A stretch of 63,770 nt of DNA, filler included, from Octopus bimaculoides (taxonomy: Eukaryota), in assembly GCF_001194135.2 (NCBI RefSeq). It is 8 parts of 7 records of this genome, joined end to end, with 100 filler letters (N's around TTAATTAATTAA, not from the genome) between each part and the next. Parts side by side here need not be neighbours in the genome. Positions count along the whole stretch, not along the records: positions 38,847 to 56,050 come from NC_068981.1; positions 56,151 to 58,151 come from NW_026301845.1; positions 58,252 to 60,480 come from NC_068991.1; positions 60,581 to 63,770 come from NC_068998.1; 4 more parts are not named here. The stretch is one strand, 5' to 3'. A program made the translations under genes and the position numbers. Under the pieces are notes generated by a model that saw only the letters and a program-made list of their open reading frames with translations, had not been told where the DNA came from and ran no database searches. How positions within the stretch are numbered: the first letter of the stretch is position 1; each line of letters begins with the position of its first letter. This document shows positions 50,564 through 62,440 of this stretch, in pieces.

Positions 50564-51318
50564 TAAGTTACTCTGTTCAAAGATGTTTTCTGCATTTTAA
50601 CAACACCAGCATTTTGTGTGTAAGCATCCCGACATAAAATAAAATTATTTATGAAACGAAATAAGCGTCTGAAATTCTTTGCTTCAGTACACGGGCCAGT
50701 GGTGTTACTTCGACACGTAGTAGGCCGAGGGTGCTATTTTCTTTCATCTTTTCACGGCATCCTGACGTCTATGAACGATTAACTAGTATCATTGGACAGC
50801 ATCCAGCAACAGCATTGCAGATATCAGATGTACACGTGCCGTGAGGTTAATTGCTGACTGTTTCACTGATCACGTATTGGCAAGTAATCAGTTTGATATA
50901 CCTGATTGCGAAACTGAAGTGCAAGAAAATCAACAGAATTGTGTCAAAAACGCTCTACGTCAGCAAACTAAAAAGTCCTGAAATGTAAAATAAACTTGCG
51001 GTGAATATGACCAGCAAATTATAAATTTTGTGACATGTAGCAGTCGATGTTTGCTAAGCACAGTTGTGTAAGGCAATCTACAAAGCAGCTATTGCCTTAA
51101 TCGCCTCCTCATAACGCAAACATACTGATTGGTTTGTATAACAACAGCTGTTAACTGGAAGACAGAAGTTGTTCATAACAGGAGCAATCTACCAGGAGAC
51201 TCAAATTCATAAATGCCTTGTTACAAAAGGAACTGCAGCAGCTGAAACATCGATGGAAAGATCAGAAATTTAGACTTTTACTGATTGTTACAAAGCCAGT
51301 CTGAGAGAAGTATTTAAC

Positions 51319-51640
51319 TGGTACTCCGTTGGTTATGACAACGGGTGTTCCAGTTGATCCGATCTACTGAACAGCCTGCACGTGAAATTAACGCGCAGGT
51401 GGCTGAGCACTCCACAGATACGTATACTCTTAACGTAGTTTCCAGGGAGATTCAGCGTAACACAGAATGTGACGAGGCTGGCCCTTTGAATTACAAATAC
51501 AATTCAATTTTGTCAGCTGAGTGAACTGGAGCATTGTGAAATAAAGTGTCTTGCTTTAGGACTCAACGTGCCGCCGGGGATCAAACTCACGACGTTACGA
51601 TCGTGAGCCGAATGTCCTAAACAGTAAACCACGTACCTTC
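51319..51640 (-). mobile_element. SINE family C nested in the RTE LINE
   Basis: reverse-complement homology to 21690-21950. Confidence 0.9.
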
Positions 51641-53412
51641 ACGAGAGACAGGTTTTTAGCCTCCAAAAAAGTAGTAACGGACTAACGACGAATAAGAATC
51701 GTTCACATATCTATACTGAGAAAAGTGATATCATGGGGCGTTCGCGGAAATATGTTAGCCATTTACTAAATCTACTCTCTACCCTCTTGAGAAACTCTGG
51801 AATGTATCCAACAACTTCCAGAAAATACAAGTCTGGCTCTACAGCTGCATATGGTAGAGTTGTCGACCGTGAGACAAATACAGGAAAATCTCTTAGTGTT
51901 GCAGTATTCCCATAGAAGCAGGATATAAAGGAATTACTCCATAGACTTCTCCAATTCACCAGCAAACGTTGGTAATGCGGTACCCGCTTTCTAACAAGGG
52001 TGTTCAGATAGTCGCCATTTACAAGTGGAAGGGTGACGAACAGAACTATAGAAACTATCAAAGAATTTCCATTCTCTCAATTGCAAGAAAAATTCTTGTA
52101 AGAACACTGCTGAAGAGATTTCAAAAATACGCGTGCGAATTCTTCCTGAAAACCGGAAATTATGACTAAGAACACCAACAAGATTATTTTCAAGGAGCGA
52201 AAAAATCAGGAAAAAGTTAAGTCACAAGGCTATTAATCAAATTTACAAAGCGGACTTGGAATTTAATGCTTATGACGTTTTCTCAAAAGATACGGGTATA
52301 CATCCTGTCGAATTTTTAGAGATAAACAGTTCCGTGATGGTATAATTACTTCGATCTCTCATGGGAGTGACGGATCAGCTTACCGATCACCCATAGGGTA
52401 AAGTTGGAACGTACAAAAGCTCCAATGCTAGCTACATTCTCTCTGAGTACCATATTTGAAAAGATGGTGAGAGTGTTCACATGTGAAATTTTTATCTGCA
52501 CAAGAGAGGATGGAACCTATCTAGGCTAAAATCCACAAGGAAATGCCATGATGTGTATAATCGTGAACTTTTCTTCGCTAATGATTCAGCTCTAATGGTT
52601 TGGCCAACGAGCAAATGTTAAAAAAAAAGTTCAAAGCGTTGTATTAGCCTGAACAAGAGGTACTAGAACCTGACCAGTTTCGAAGTATGTTGAAGAAGTT
52701 CGCATATTTGAACTGTATGATTTCTGACAACCACTTGAACGCAGAGATGGATCGCCACTTAAAGCCAGCTGTGGTTGCTCTCGAGAAGTTCATCTGCAGA
52801 GACAAAAAAAAAAGCATAAAACTGGCAAAGAAATGCAAAGTGTACTGAGCAGTAGTAACTATTCTAGCCGTTGTATTCTGTTGAAACCAGCACGCTGTAT
52901 TTCGACACATCAGAAAACTGATGAGGTGTCATTTGTACCATCTACGATCTTTAGAGTACATCTACACCGATCGAGACACGCGATTCGCGTGAAGGACACT
53001 AGGATCTCCAAGGCTTCTGCAATGAAATGAAATGTGGAAACCGTCGAAGAGGGCAGCCGAAATCGATTATAAGGGTGTTATCAAACGGCATCATGACGAT
53101 GCGGTTTGTCTGGTTGCGACTTCATGGAGGAAAGATAACGACTAACTGAAAACGATAGAACATGATTGCGTAGTGAGGGTTTTGGACGCCTCTTCTTTAA
53201 ACTTAATAAACCTTCGACTACAATTTCCCTTACCTTCATGACCGTATGTCTGAACCGCACACTACACACGCGTCATTTTACGTCACTGACAGAACACTAT
53301 AAAGAAAGGAGTAAATGTTAAGAGTAATATTGCATAAAAGAAAAAGAAGAGAGGAAATTGTTGTACAAGATCCGCTACACCAGGACTGCCAACAATATTC
53401 TGTAACCTCTAT

Positions 53413-54199
53413 AGGGCTTTCCTATAAGTAGGTTATCTCCCTTGGCTAGGCGGCGCTCCATGTAGATAATTAAACTTCCGGAGGCTAACCCACGCCATTG
53501 TTATTGTTTTACGTCTTATCATGGATATAAAGCAGCTTGATGATTCAGTTATCGAAGTACTTACTGTGCCTGAGTTAAAGAAATATTTAAGATTATATGG
53601 ACAGTATGTTACTGGAAGAAAGGTGGACTTGACTGAAAGGTTGAAAGGAATAAAANNNNNNNNNNNNNNNNNNNNNNNNNNNNNNNNNNNNNNNNNNNNN
53701 NNNNNNNNNNNNNNNNNNNNNNNNNNNNNNNNNNNNNNNNNNNNNNNNNNNNNNNNNNNNNNNNNNNNNNNNNNNNNNNNNNNNNNNNNNNNNNNNNNNN
53801 NNNNNNNNNNNNNNNNNNNNNNNNNNNNNNNNNNNNNNNNNNNNNNNNNNNNNNNNNNNNNNNNNNNNNNNNNNNNNNNNNNNNNNNGTGTTACGGATGA
53901 AAGCAAAGCAACAGTTAAGGAGTGGCATATTTTACCACGACAGACACGTACACAGCATCGAATACCACGATGTGAGTGAAAGCTGCTCTCACTGTATTGT
54001 CCGGTGTCTGGTAATCCCTTCGATACCGACATCAAACCAAAAAAAGAATCCTGACCACAGAGTGTGGGTAATTATGTCAAATGTCACTGGCAATGTGCAT
54101 TCAGCTGATTGCAACTGTTAAAGCAAGTCACTGAGCATGCGTACATGTCATACGGGAGAGTTCCAATCAGGGGTGGATAACACCTTATAGGAAAACCCT
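53413..54199 (+). mobile_element. TIR element carrying SAP + SWIM coding sequence (ISL2EU/PHIS- or Kolobok-like derivative)
   Basis: ~30-bp TIRs agggctttcctataag..gttatctccct / gggtggataacaccttataggaaaaccct; both ends sit in ctatag (AT or TATA TSD). Confidence 0.8.
53521..54150 (+). pseudogene. SAP domain + SWIM zinc-finger protein fragment
   Basis: LTVPELKKYLRLYGQYVTGRKVDLTERLKG (SAP); HRVWVIMSNVTGNVHSADCNC, then frameshifted ACVHV (CxC..CxH). Confidence 0.75.
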
Positions 54200-55039
54200 A
54201 TAGTCATAGTTCAGTCAGCACATCTGATCTACAATCACACGAAAAAGTGAAACCTAGCTGAGAAGTTTATTTGTTATATTTACAAAAACAAATTTCCCTT
54301 CTACCGCCAAGTCATACTTGATTACAACGTGACAGTTACAAAAAAGGCATGTTTTTAGGATTGTCTGGGAAATATGAACGAAAGAAGCCGGACTTTGACA
54401 AAATAAAAAATAAAATATTCATTGTTTTGCGTGCAGTTGTATACTTCCTTCAAAATAGTTCTTTCTTCTGTTGAAATACTGCCCATCTAAACATTTTTTA
54501 CCAGTTTGAGAACGTGCTTTCAGGGTCGTACACAGTTCGTTTAGCCAATTTTCTTCGATCGTTTGAAAGCGACCTTTCATAATGGATTTCAACTTTAGGA
54601 ACGAATAAAGAATCTAGTGGGTAGGGCAACTGGGGAGCAAGAGTCGTTTCGTTCTTTATTACCAAAAGGTCAAGGATAAAGTAGTAACACATGAATAGAT
54701 GCATTGTTGTAGAGAAACTTTCAGGTTTGTCCGTGTCTCAGTTCTCTTTATTCTTACAAACACCACGTAAAATAAATTCATGAGGAACAACACTTTTCTA
54801 CTAAAAACAATACAAAAATACACATCACTTCAATTGAACTAATCTGATGTGCTTCTTTGGTGACTTGGACGATGATTCAATTTACTGTTCTTGTTTCAAT
54901 ATCGTAACTGTACACCTACATTTCGTCATATTTTACATAATACTTTTCAACAAATTTTCATCAGCATTTGAACGATCAAACGGCTCATGATTTTGACTCA
55001 GTTACTTTTTTGTTCATATATCAACACATTTTTGAAACA

Positions 55040-55385
55040 TGATACATCTTTAAGTTTCAGTACAAACGTTTACAAATGTTAGGTAAATACACATAGTTAG
55101 CCGACGATTTTCGCGGATCGCAGAACGTACTCCTGCAATATGATATTTGTCTGTTGTGAAATGTCGTCTAAATTTGAAATTGCTTTTGGTGAGCGAGCTT
55201 CTGTATTTGAAATACTGATACCACTTACGACATTTCGTGTGGTTCAAACAATCCTCCTCGTAGGCCTGAGGCAACATTACAGCAGTTTTCATAAAGGTTC
55301 AACGCCCTTTCTCCGCCCTTGTTTGAAACGATTTCGCACAAACACGTTGTTCTTCCAGATTCCTCATTGATCAACTTGAAATAAA
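55040..55385 (-). mobile_element. mariner transposase N-terminal fragment
   Basis: LEEQRVCAK..MLPQAYEEDCLNHTKCRKWY..VRSAIRENRRLT. Confidence 0.8.
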
Positions 55386-55648
55386 TTGCTAATCACACTA
55401 AACATATGTTCATCCTACACATACACATTGATGGGTAACAGATATGGTCTGAAGAGATTTTTATTATACAGATGGTCAAAGAGTCGCCCATACACAGTGC
55501 TGCACTTGTGATCATGCAGTACAATCTGGCTGGTATGCTACGTTCAAAGGCTAGTTTTATTTTTTGTTCTTTTTTACAGCCCTTGTAATCATATTTTTCT
55601 TTTTCTATTTTTCTTCATATTGTGAGACAAAACTTTTAAATATCTAAC

Positions 55649-55689
55649 ATAGGCGCAGGAGTGGCTGTGTGGTAAGTAGCTTGCTTACC
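55649..55689 (+). mobile_element. SINE family B head, truncated by an unrelated insertion
   Basis: aggcgcaggagtggctgtgtggtaagtagcttgcttacc, then an abrupt switch to unrelated sequence. Confidence 0.85.
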
Positions 55690-56425
55690 TGGCGGACGTG
55701 GTTTTTGTCGCTCCCGCTTCACGTCGCTGAATGCCAGCGACGTGAATTTTTGACGTACAACTACAGGTAAGACTTTTGTGTTTTGGGGGGTTTAGTGGGG
55801 GTTTGTTGCTCGTATTTATTTATATTTATGTCGAACAAGAAATCTCCACTGAATTCCACGCATTTGTCTGTCGGTGGTTGTGCTTAATGTCTCACTTAGC
55901 GGTGAGAAGAGTGTTTTGGAGGTATCACGCCTCCAAAAATTGTGAACTTGGTTTGTAAAAGTTTGTTGTTTTCAAACCGTGAATTGAGAACTACAAATGA
56001 ATATTGTGAACTTTGTTTAAAACAGAAAAGGAATTTATTATTTTCAAACCNNNNNNNNNNNNNNNNNNNNNNNNNNNNNNNNNNNNNNNNNNNNTTAATT
56101 AATTAANNNNNNNNNNNNNNNNNNNNNNNNNNNNNNNNNNNNNNNNNNNNGTGTGTGTGTGTGTGTATACGCACACTCTATTACACATATATAAGAGAAC
56201 GTACTAAGACACAGGCACTTATAGACATACACAAACACACATATGGACATATATGCATGTGTATATATATATATATATATATACATATATATACATGTAA
56301 TTTATAGGCACAGGTATATGAATATTTGTCATATATGTATGCATATGTATACATGATTGTCTATACACGCGCTCATACACAGACACACACACACGCACAC
56401 ATATACACTCACTCACACACTCACT

Positions 56426-56464
<39 letters not shown>

Positions 56465-56679
56465 TCACAGACACACACACTTAGCATGCACCATTGCTAC
56501 CCAAATATTAGGATATCACATTAGATGTTTTCATGAAATACAAATGGGCAGCTGCTCGAAATGAAAAAGGCATCCATTCAATTCCCTGATCTCTCATAGA
56601 TCAAAGTTATATTAGTCCATCGACATTAAACAACAAGAATAACGAGCCGTGCAGATAGGTTGATAGACAGAAGGATAAA

Positions 56680-56748
56680 TTGATAGAATGATAGATGGAT
56701 AGATATATAGATAGATAGATAGAGAGATAGAGAGATAGATAGATAGAC

Positions 56749-56815
<67 letters not shown>

Positions 56816-56867
56816 GAGATAGAGAGATAGATAGATAGACAGATAGATAGATAGATAGATAGATAGA
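56680..56867. repeat. (GATA)n microsatellite
   Basis: direct reading. Confidence 0.95.
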
Positions 56868-57723
56868 NNNNNNNNNNNNNNNNNNNNNNNNNNNNNNNNN
56901 NNNNNNNNNNNNNNNNNNNNNNNNNNNNNNNNNNNNNNNNNNNNNNNNNNNNNNNNNNNNNNNNNNNNNNNNNNNNNNNNNNNNNNNNNNNNNNNNNNNN
57001 NNNNNNNNNNNNNNNNNNNNNNNNNNNNNNNNNNNNNNNNNNNNNNNNNNNNNNNNNNNNNNNNNNNNNNNNNNNNNNNNNNNNNNNNNNNNNNNNNNNN
57101 NNNNNNNNNNNNNNNNNNNNNNNNNNNNNNNNNNNNNNNNNNNNNNNNNNNNNNNNNNNNNNNNNNNNNNNNNNNNNNNNNNNNNNNNNNNNNNNNNNNN
57201 NNNNNNNNNNNNNNNNNNNNNNNNNNNNNNNNNNNNNNNNNNNNNNNNNNNNNNNNNNNNNNNNNNNNNNNNNNNNNNNNNNNNNNNNNNNNNNNNNNNN
57301 NNNNNNNNNNNNNNNNNNNNNNNNNNNNNNNNNNNNNNNNNNNNNNNNNNNNNNNNNNNNNNNNNNNNNNNNNNNNNNNNNNNNNNNNNNNNNNNNNNNN
57401 NNNNNNNNNNNNNNNNNNNNNNNNNNNNNNNNNNNNNNNNNNNNNNNNNNNNNNNNNNNNNNNNNNNNNNNNNNNNNNNNNNNNNNNNNNNNNNNNNNNN
57501 NNNNNNNNNNNNNNNNNNNNNNNNNNNNNNNNNNNNNNNNNNNNNNNNNNNNNNNNNNNNNNNNNNNNNNNNNNNNNNNNNNNNNNNNNNNNNNNNNNNN
57601 NNNNNNNNNNNNNNNNNNNNNNNNNNNNNNNNNNNNNNNNNNNNNNNNNNNNNNNNNNNNNNNNNNNNNNNNNNNNNNNNNNNNNNNNNNNNNCTCTTTC
57701 TCTGTCTACCCCTCCTCTTTCTT

Positions 57724-57770
<47 letters not shown>

Positions 57771-58251
57771 TTCTCTTTTTCCCTCTCATGCTTTCTCTCT
57801 CCCTCTGTCTTGTTAAGTTTTCCTTTCAACAGATTCTTCAAACCCGAACGAAATATGGTTGAGATGAAAAAAAACAAAATCGACCAAAATCAATAAAGCA
57901 GACGACACCCGATCTGATTGCTTTATCGATTTGGATATGGTCACTTCTGCTATTCTACCTCTCTCTCACTCTCTCTGTCTCGTTCTCTCTCTCTCTCTCG
58001 CTCTCTTTTTTCCTTTCTGTCTTTTATCCTTCGTTCAAATATTTTCCTGATTTTTCTGGTGGTAATTGATAAAAACTATCTCCCATAACCATTTGTGGGA
58101 TTATACGTCTATGTCCAGAAAAGGGGGCAACATTAATGTCTATGGTTTGTGNNNNNNNNNNNNNNNNNNNNNNNNNNNNNNNNNNNNNNNNNNNNTTAAT
58201 TAATTAANNNNNNNNNNNNNNNNNNNNNNNNNNNNNNNNNNNNNNNNNNNN

Positions 58252-58297
<46 letters not shown>

Positions 58298-60107
58298 CGA
58301 GAAAGAGATGGTGGTTGTCTACTCCTTGTGCAGAGTTTGACCACCTCCTGTACCTACACCTTAGAACCATCGTGGCATCTGAAGTGGCTTTTAAAAACAG
58401 ACAATGTTCTGAAAAGACACCCACATAGATTGCATATCTAATTTGGATCACCAAGAGCTGCAGATTAAGTTCTGATCTTTGTGGATCTTAAAATGTATTC
58501 TCCGTTCTCTGTGTGTCCCTCTCTCTTCATCACTCTTCCGCCTTTGCTCTCTCGTTGCTCGCACGTGACCGTCGACCATCTTTCTTTTTCTAACTTGAAT
58601 TTCCTTCTTTCTTTCTTATCAGCCGCAGGAATGGGACGCATTCTTGTCTGTCTCCTGTCAAAGCTTGTTTCTCCGCATTCACCAACTCAACTCGTTTAGG
58701 CTTAGCAGCCCTTCCTGTTTGTTTTCACTCTCTTGTCTTTTGTTACCAGCTTTGACCCTCCGCAAAATCCCAAATTTTATTTAATTTGCTTCGCAGTAGC
58801 AACTGTTATGTCGAAAACGTATCTTGTTGGAAAATGCTCGAAATACGAGGTAGAAAAATACACAACAAGTGATGAAGGGTCGTTTTTTCATGTTACTTGT
58901 CTTGTTTTCCATTTGTTTCTTTCGTTGTTCGCAGAAAAAGTTCGTATTTCATGTTGTTTACGTTCCGTAGTGTCCTGTACCCATATATGAATATATGTAC
59001 AAATATATGTATGTGTATGTATGCATATATATTTATATATTATTTATATCATTGTATACATACATACATACATACATNNNNNNNNNNNNNNNNNNNNNNN
59101 NNNNNNNNNNNNNNNNNNNNNNNNNNNNNNNNNNNNNNNNNNNNNNNNNNNNNNNNNNNNNNNNNNNNNNNNNNNNNNNNNNNNNNNNNNNNNNNNNNNN
59201 NNNNNNNNNNNNNNNNNNNNNNNNNNNNNNNNNNNNNNNNNNNNNNNNNNNNNNNNNNNNNNNNNNNNNNNNNNNNNNNNNNNNNNNNNNNNNNNNNNNN
59301 NNNNNNNNNNNNNNNNNNNNNNNNNNNNNNNNNNNNNNNNNNNNNNNNNNNNNNNNNNNNNNNNNNNNNNNNNNNNNNNNNNNNNNNNNNNNNNNNNNNN
59401 NNNNNNNNNNNNNNNNNNNNNNNNNNNNNNNNNNNNNNNNNNNNNNNTAAATATATATATATATATATATATGTATATAAGTGTATACATATATATATGT
59501 ATATATATATATGCATGTGTATACGAATGTATGAATATAGTTATGTGCTGAGTGTATGTGCGCGTGCGCGTGTTAGTATGAATCAAGACTATCACAAAGA
59601 AACTGAATAAAACTCAATAATTGAAAAAAAAAAAAAAAATTAATCGAATTAATCATATAAATGACAAACTAACAGAATTGTAATTCTGTTTCGACTCGTG
59701 TTCGTACGTATATATTTTCGGTTCTAGTAATTTTGTCTACATTTAAAAAGTTCTCTCTCGCCCCCTCCCCCCACCTTCTTACTCAAACCGTTCACACTTC
59801 ATCTATCTCTAGTTCTACTTGATTTGATTTAACATCAATTTTCTAGTTACACTTCTCTCCATAATCTTTTAAATGCTTGTATATTTGTTTGGTAATTTAA
59901 TTGTCTCACCAATAATTACGAACTCAACAACGCTTCATCCGCCAGACTGTTTCTCTTACAATTATAATTATTTTTACCAACGCATACTCTTGTTATTATT
60001 ATCACACATATAGGTATACATACGTACGTACGTACACACACACATATAAATAACTATACATATAAATTTGTATGTATATATATGTGAGTATATATATGTA
60101 TATATAC

Positions 60108-60480
60108 TCTTTACTCTTTTACTTGTTTCAGTCATTTGACTGCGGCCATGCTGAAGCAGCGCATTTAGTCAAGCAAATCAACCCCAGGAATTATTCTTTG
60201 GAAGCCTAGTACTTATTCTATCGGTCTCATTTGCCGAACCACTAAGTTACGGGGACGTAAACACACCAGCATCGGTTGTCAAGCGATGTTGTGGGGACAA
60301 ACACAGACACAAACATACACACATATACATATATATACACACATACGACGGGCTTCTTTCAGTTTCCGTCTACCAAATCCACTCACAAGGCTTTGGTCGG
60401 CCCGAGGCTATAGTAGCAGACACTTGCTCAAGGTGCCATGTGGTTGGTAAACAAGCTACTTACCACACAGCCATTCCTAC
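60108..60480 (-). mobile_element. SINE family B, full length
   Basis: near-consensus reverse complement. Confidence 0.95.
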
Positions 60481-60639
60481 NNNNNNNNNNNNNNNNNNNN
60501 NNNNNNNNNNNNNNNNNNNNNNNNTTAATTAATTAANNNNNNNNNNNNNNNNNNNNNNNNNNNNNNNNNNNNNNNNNNNNTTTAACATTTTTTCCGTACC
60601 GTCTGTCTGACCCTTCTATATCTTTGCGTATCTATACAT

Positions 60640-61430
60640 ATCGCTGTGGGTAGACCCACGCCCCGTAATAACAGCACTGATAACAGCCCCAGAAACAACA
60701 GCGGCAACAACAACATCTCCAGGCCTGAAGCCGACGGAAGATACACCAGAAATGTGAACACAACCAACACTCAAGTCCGGAAATATATCGAGTCAGCCGG
60801 AACTGCTTTCAAACGGCGCCTGTATAACCACAGGTCCTCTTTCAGGATTCCAGAAAGACGATTTGTCACATTCCTGGCAAGCCACTTGTGGCACCCTGAA
60901 GATGAAGGGACCCCATACAATATCAAGTAGAGAATCATAGAACGACCGGGGTCCAATTTTAAGGGGAACGGACGCTGCAAGCTTTGCACAGCTGAGCGAG
61001 CAAAGTTCCCTGGAACAAGGATTATTAAATTCCCGGCACGAAATTTATAGCCCCTGCATCCTTTTCCAGCGTCACCTGCTGCAAGCACGGGATTCCTCAT
61101 TCATCGATTCGATCCGAAAATGTCCTAACGAGCAAAAAGCAACCTAAGAGCGGAGGTCTCCGTTCGCTTTTTTGGCCCTCATGGACTAATCTAAGGGGGA
61201 TAACCTCATCTCACCGACCCGGATTGTTTATTCTTTGTTTTCTAACTGACTGTAACGAATCTGTACCTCTGAAGTTTGAAGAACTATATGGCCTTCGCCA
61301 TTAGAGTCTGACGAGTCGTCCATAGGCTAAGCACTTTATGGACGCGAAATCATTGGTCACTCTATGACCGGACATAGGCTCAACAGCATATAAATACAAT
61401 ACTGCTCTCTGCTTTAAAGTGTGTTTCGTT
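60640..61430 (+). mobile_element. Penelope-like element 3' fragment (GIY-YIG endonuclease + 3' region)
   Basis: Asn-rich linker, then KYIESAGTAFKRRLYNHRSSF..TFLASHLW..YNIK*RIIERP..GRCKLCTAERAK; downstream hammerhead. Confidence 0.85.
61302..61364 (+). ncRNA. type I hammerhead ribozyme
   Basis: stem I tagagt/actcta; CTGACGA 61308-61314; stem II cgtccata/tatggacg plus G-C closing pair; GAAA 61346-61349; short stem III; GTC cleavage triplet 61356-61358. Confidence 0.85.
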
Positions 61431-61452
61431 TTCGGATATAAGATACACTGAC

Positions 61453-61500
<48 letters not shown>

Positions 61501-61540
61501 TACGTACATACATACATACATACATACATACATGCATACT

Positions 61541-62176
61541 GCCCATATCACCCACATCATAAGCAGTTGTCCAAAAATATCATCACGATGTTATCTACCG
61601 GTGAGACATGATGTAGCAAGAGCGCTGAAGAAGGAGATCCGTCGAAAGGATAACCTCAAGAACAAAGAAATAAGAACTCACAATATGGTAGAAGCCATAG
61701 CCACTCATAATAAAAAGGAGTACTGGTGGAATGTACCAGTGAAGACCTCAATAAAGTGTAAACACAATAGACCTGATATAATGATTTTTTGGACAGAGAA
61801 GAGAAACTGTGTACAGTTGTGGAAATCAGCCGCCCAGCGGTTGTTAACATAAAGTTGAAGACCAGTAAAAAAGAGAATACCTGTGCTGAACTGCAGAGAA
61901 ATCTGCAGTTGCTCTATCCAGATTACAATTTCAGATGTACACCTGTGATTATCGGGGCACCGGGATATGTTTCACACTGCCTAGATGCCAATCTTGAGAA
62001 ATTAGGTTTCTCAAAACCAGAAAAGAGAAAGCTGATTCAAAGACTACAGATCCAAGCCATCACTGGAACAGTAAAAATCTGTAAAACTTTCCAGAAGTGT
62101 ATCATTTAAATATATATGAGCATATCTAGATATGCATGAGAATACACACATAAAACAAAACATACATATTTTCACG

Positions 62177-62178
<2 letters not shown>
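61541..62178 (+). mobile_element. Dong/R4-clade retrotransposon 3' end (CCHC-RLE endonuclease + 3' UTR), 5' truncated
   Basis: HIISSCPKISSRCYLPVRHD; EYWWNVPVKTSIKCKHNRPDIMIFW-DREEKLCTVVEISRP..KTSKKENT..PVIIGAPG..LQIQAITGTVKICKTFQK. Confidence 0.9.
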
Positions 62179-62208
<30 letters not shown>

Positions 62209-62231
62209 CATACATACGCTGTTGTTGATGT

Positions 62232-62440
62232 TGACGAGCTGGCAGAACCTTTAGCACGTTGGACAAAATTATTAGCGGCATTAACATTCGTCCGTCTTAA
62301 CATTCTGAGTTCAAGTTCTGCCGCCATTGACTTTGCCTTTTATTCTTTCGGGGTCGATAAAATAAGTACCAGTCAAGTATTGCGCTCAATGTAATCGCAT
62401 TTTCTCTCCCAACAAAAATCGCTACCCGTGAGCCAAAATT
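62232..62440 (+). mobile_element. SINE family A, diverged
   Basis: gacgagctggcagaacctttagcac..ttctgagttcaag..ggggtcgataaaataagtaccag. Confidence 0.85.

Larger units (their letters stand above)
49460..53130 (+). mobile_element. RTE-clade LINE, decayed near full-length ORF (APE + RT) with nested SINEs
   Basis: DKQFVFGDF.AIVRRD (APE); RKHTDWF; IVAIYKWKGDEQNYRNYQRISILSIARKILVRTLLKRF; NLSRLKSTRK..RELFFANDSAL (ADD motif decayed); KFAYL. Confidence 0.85.
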
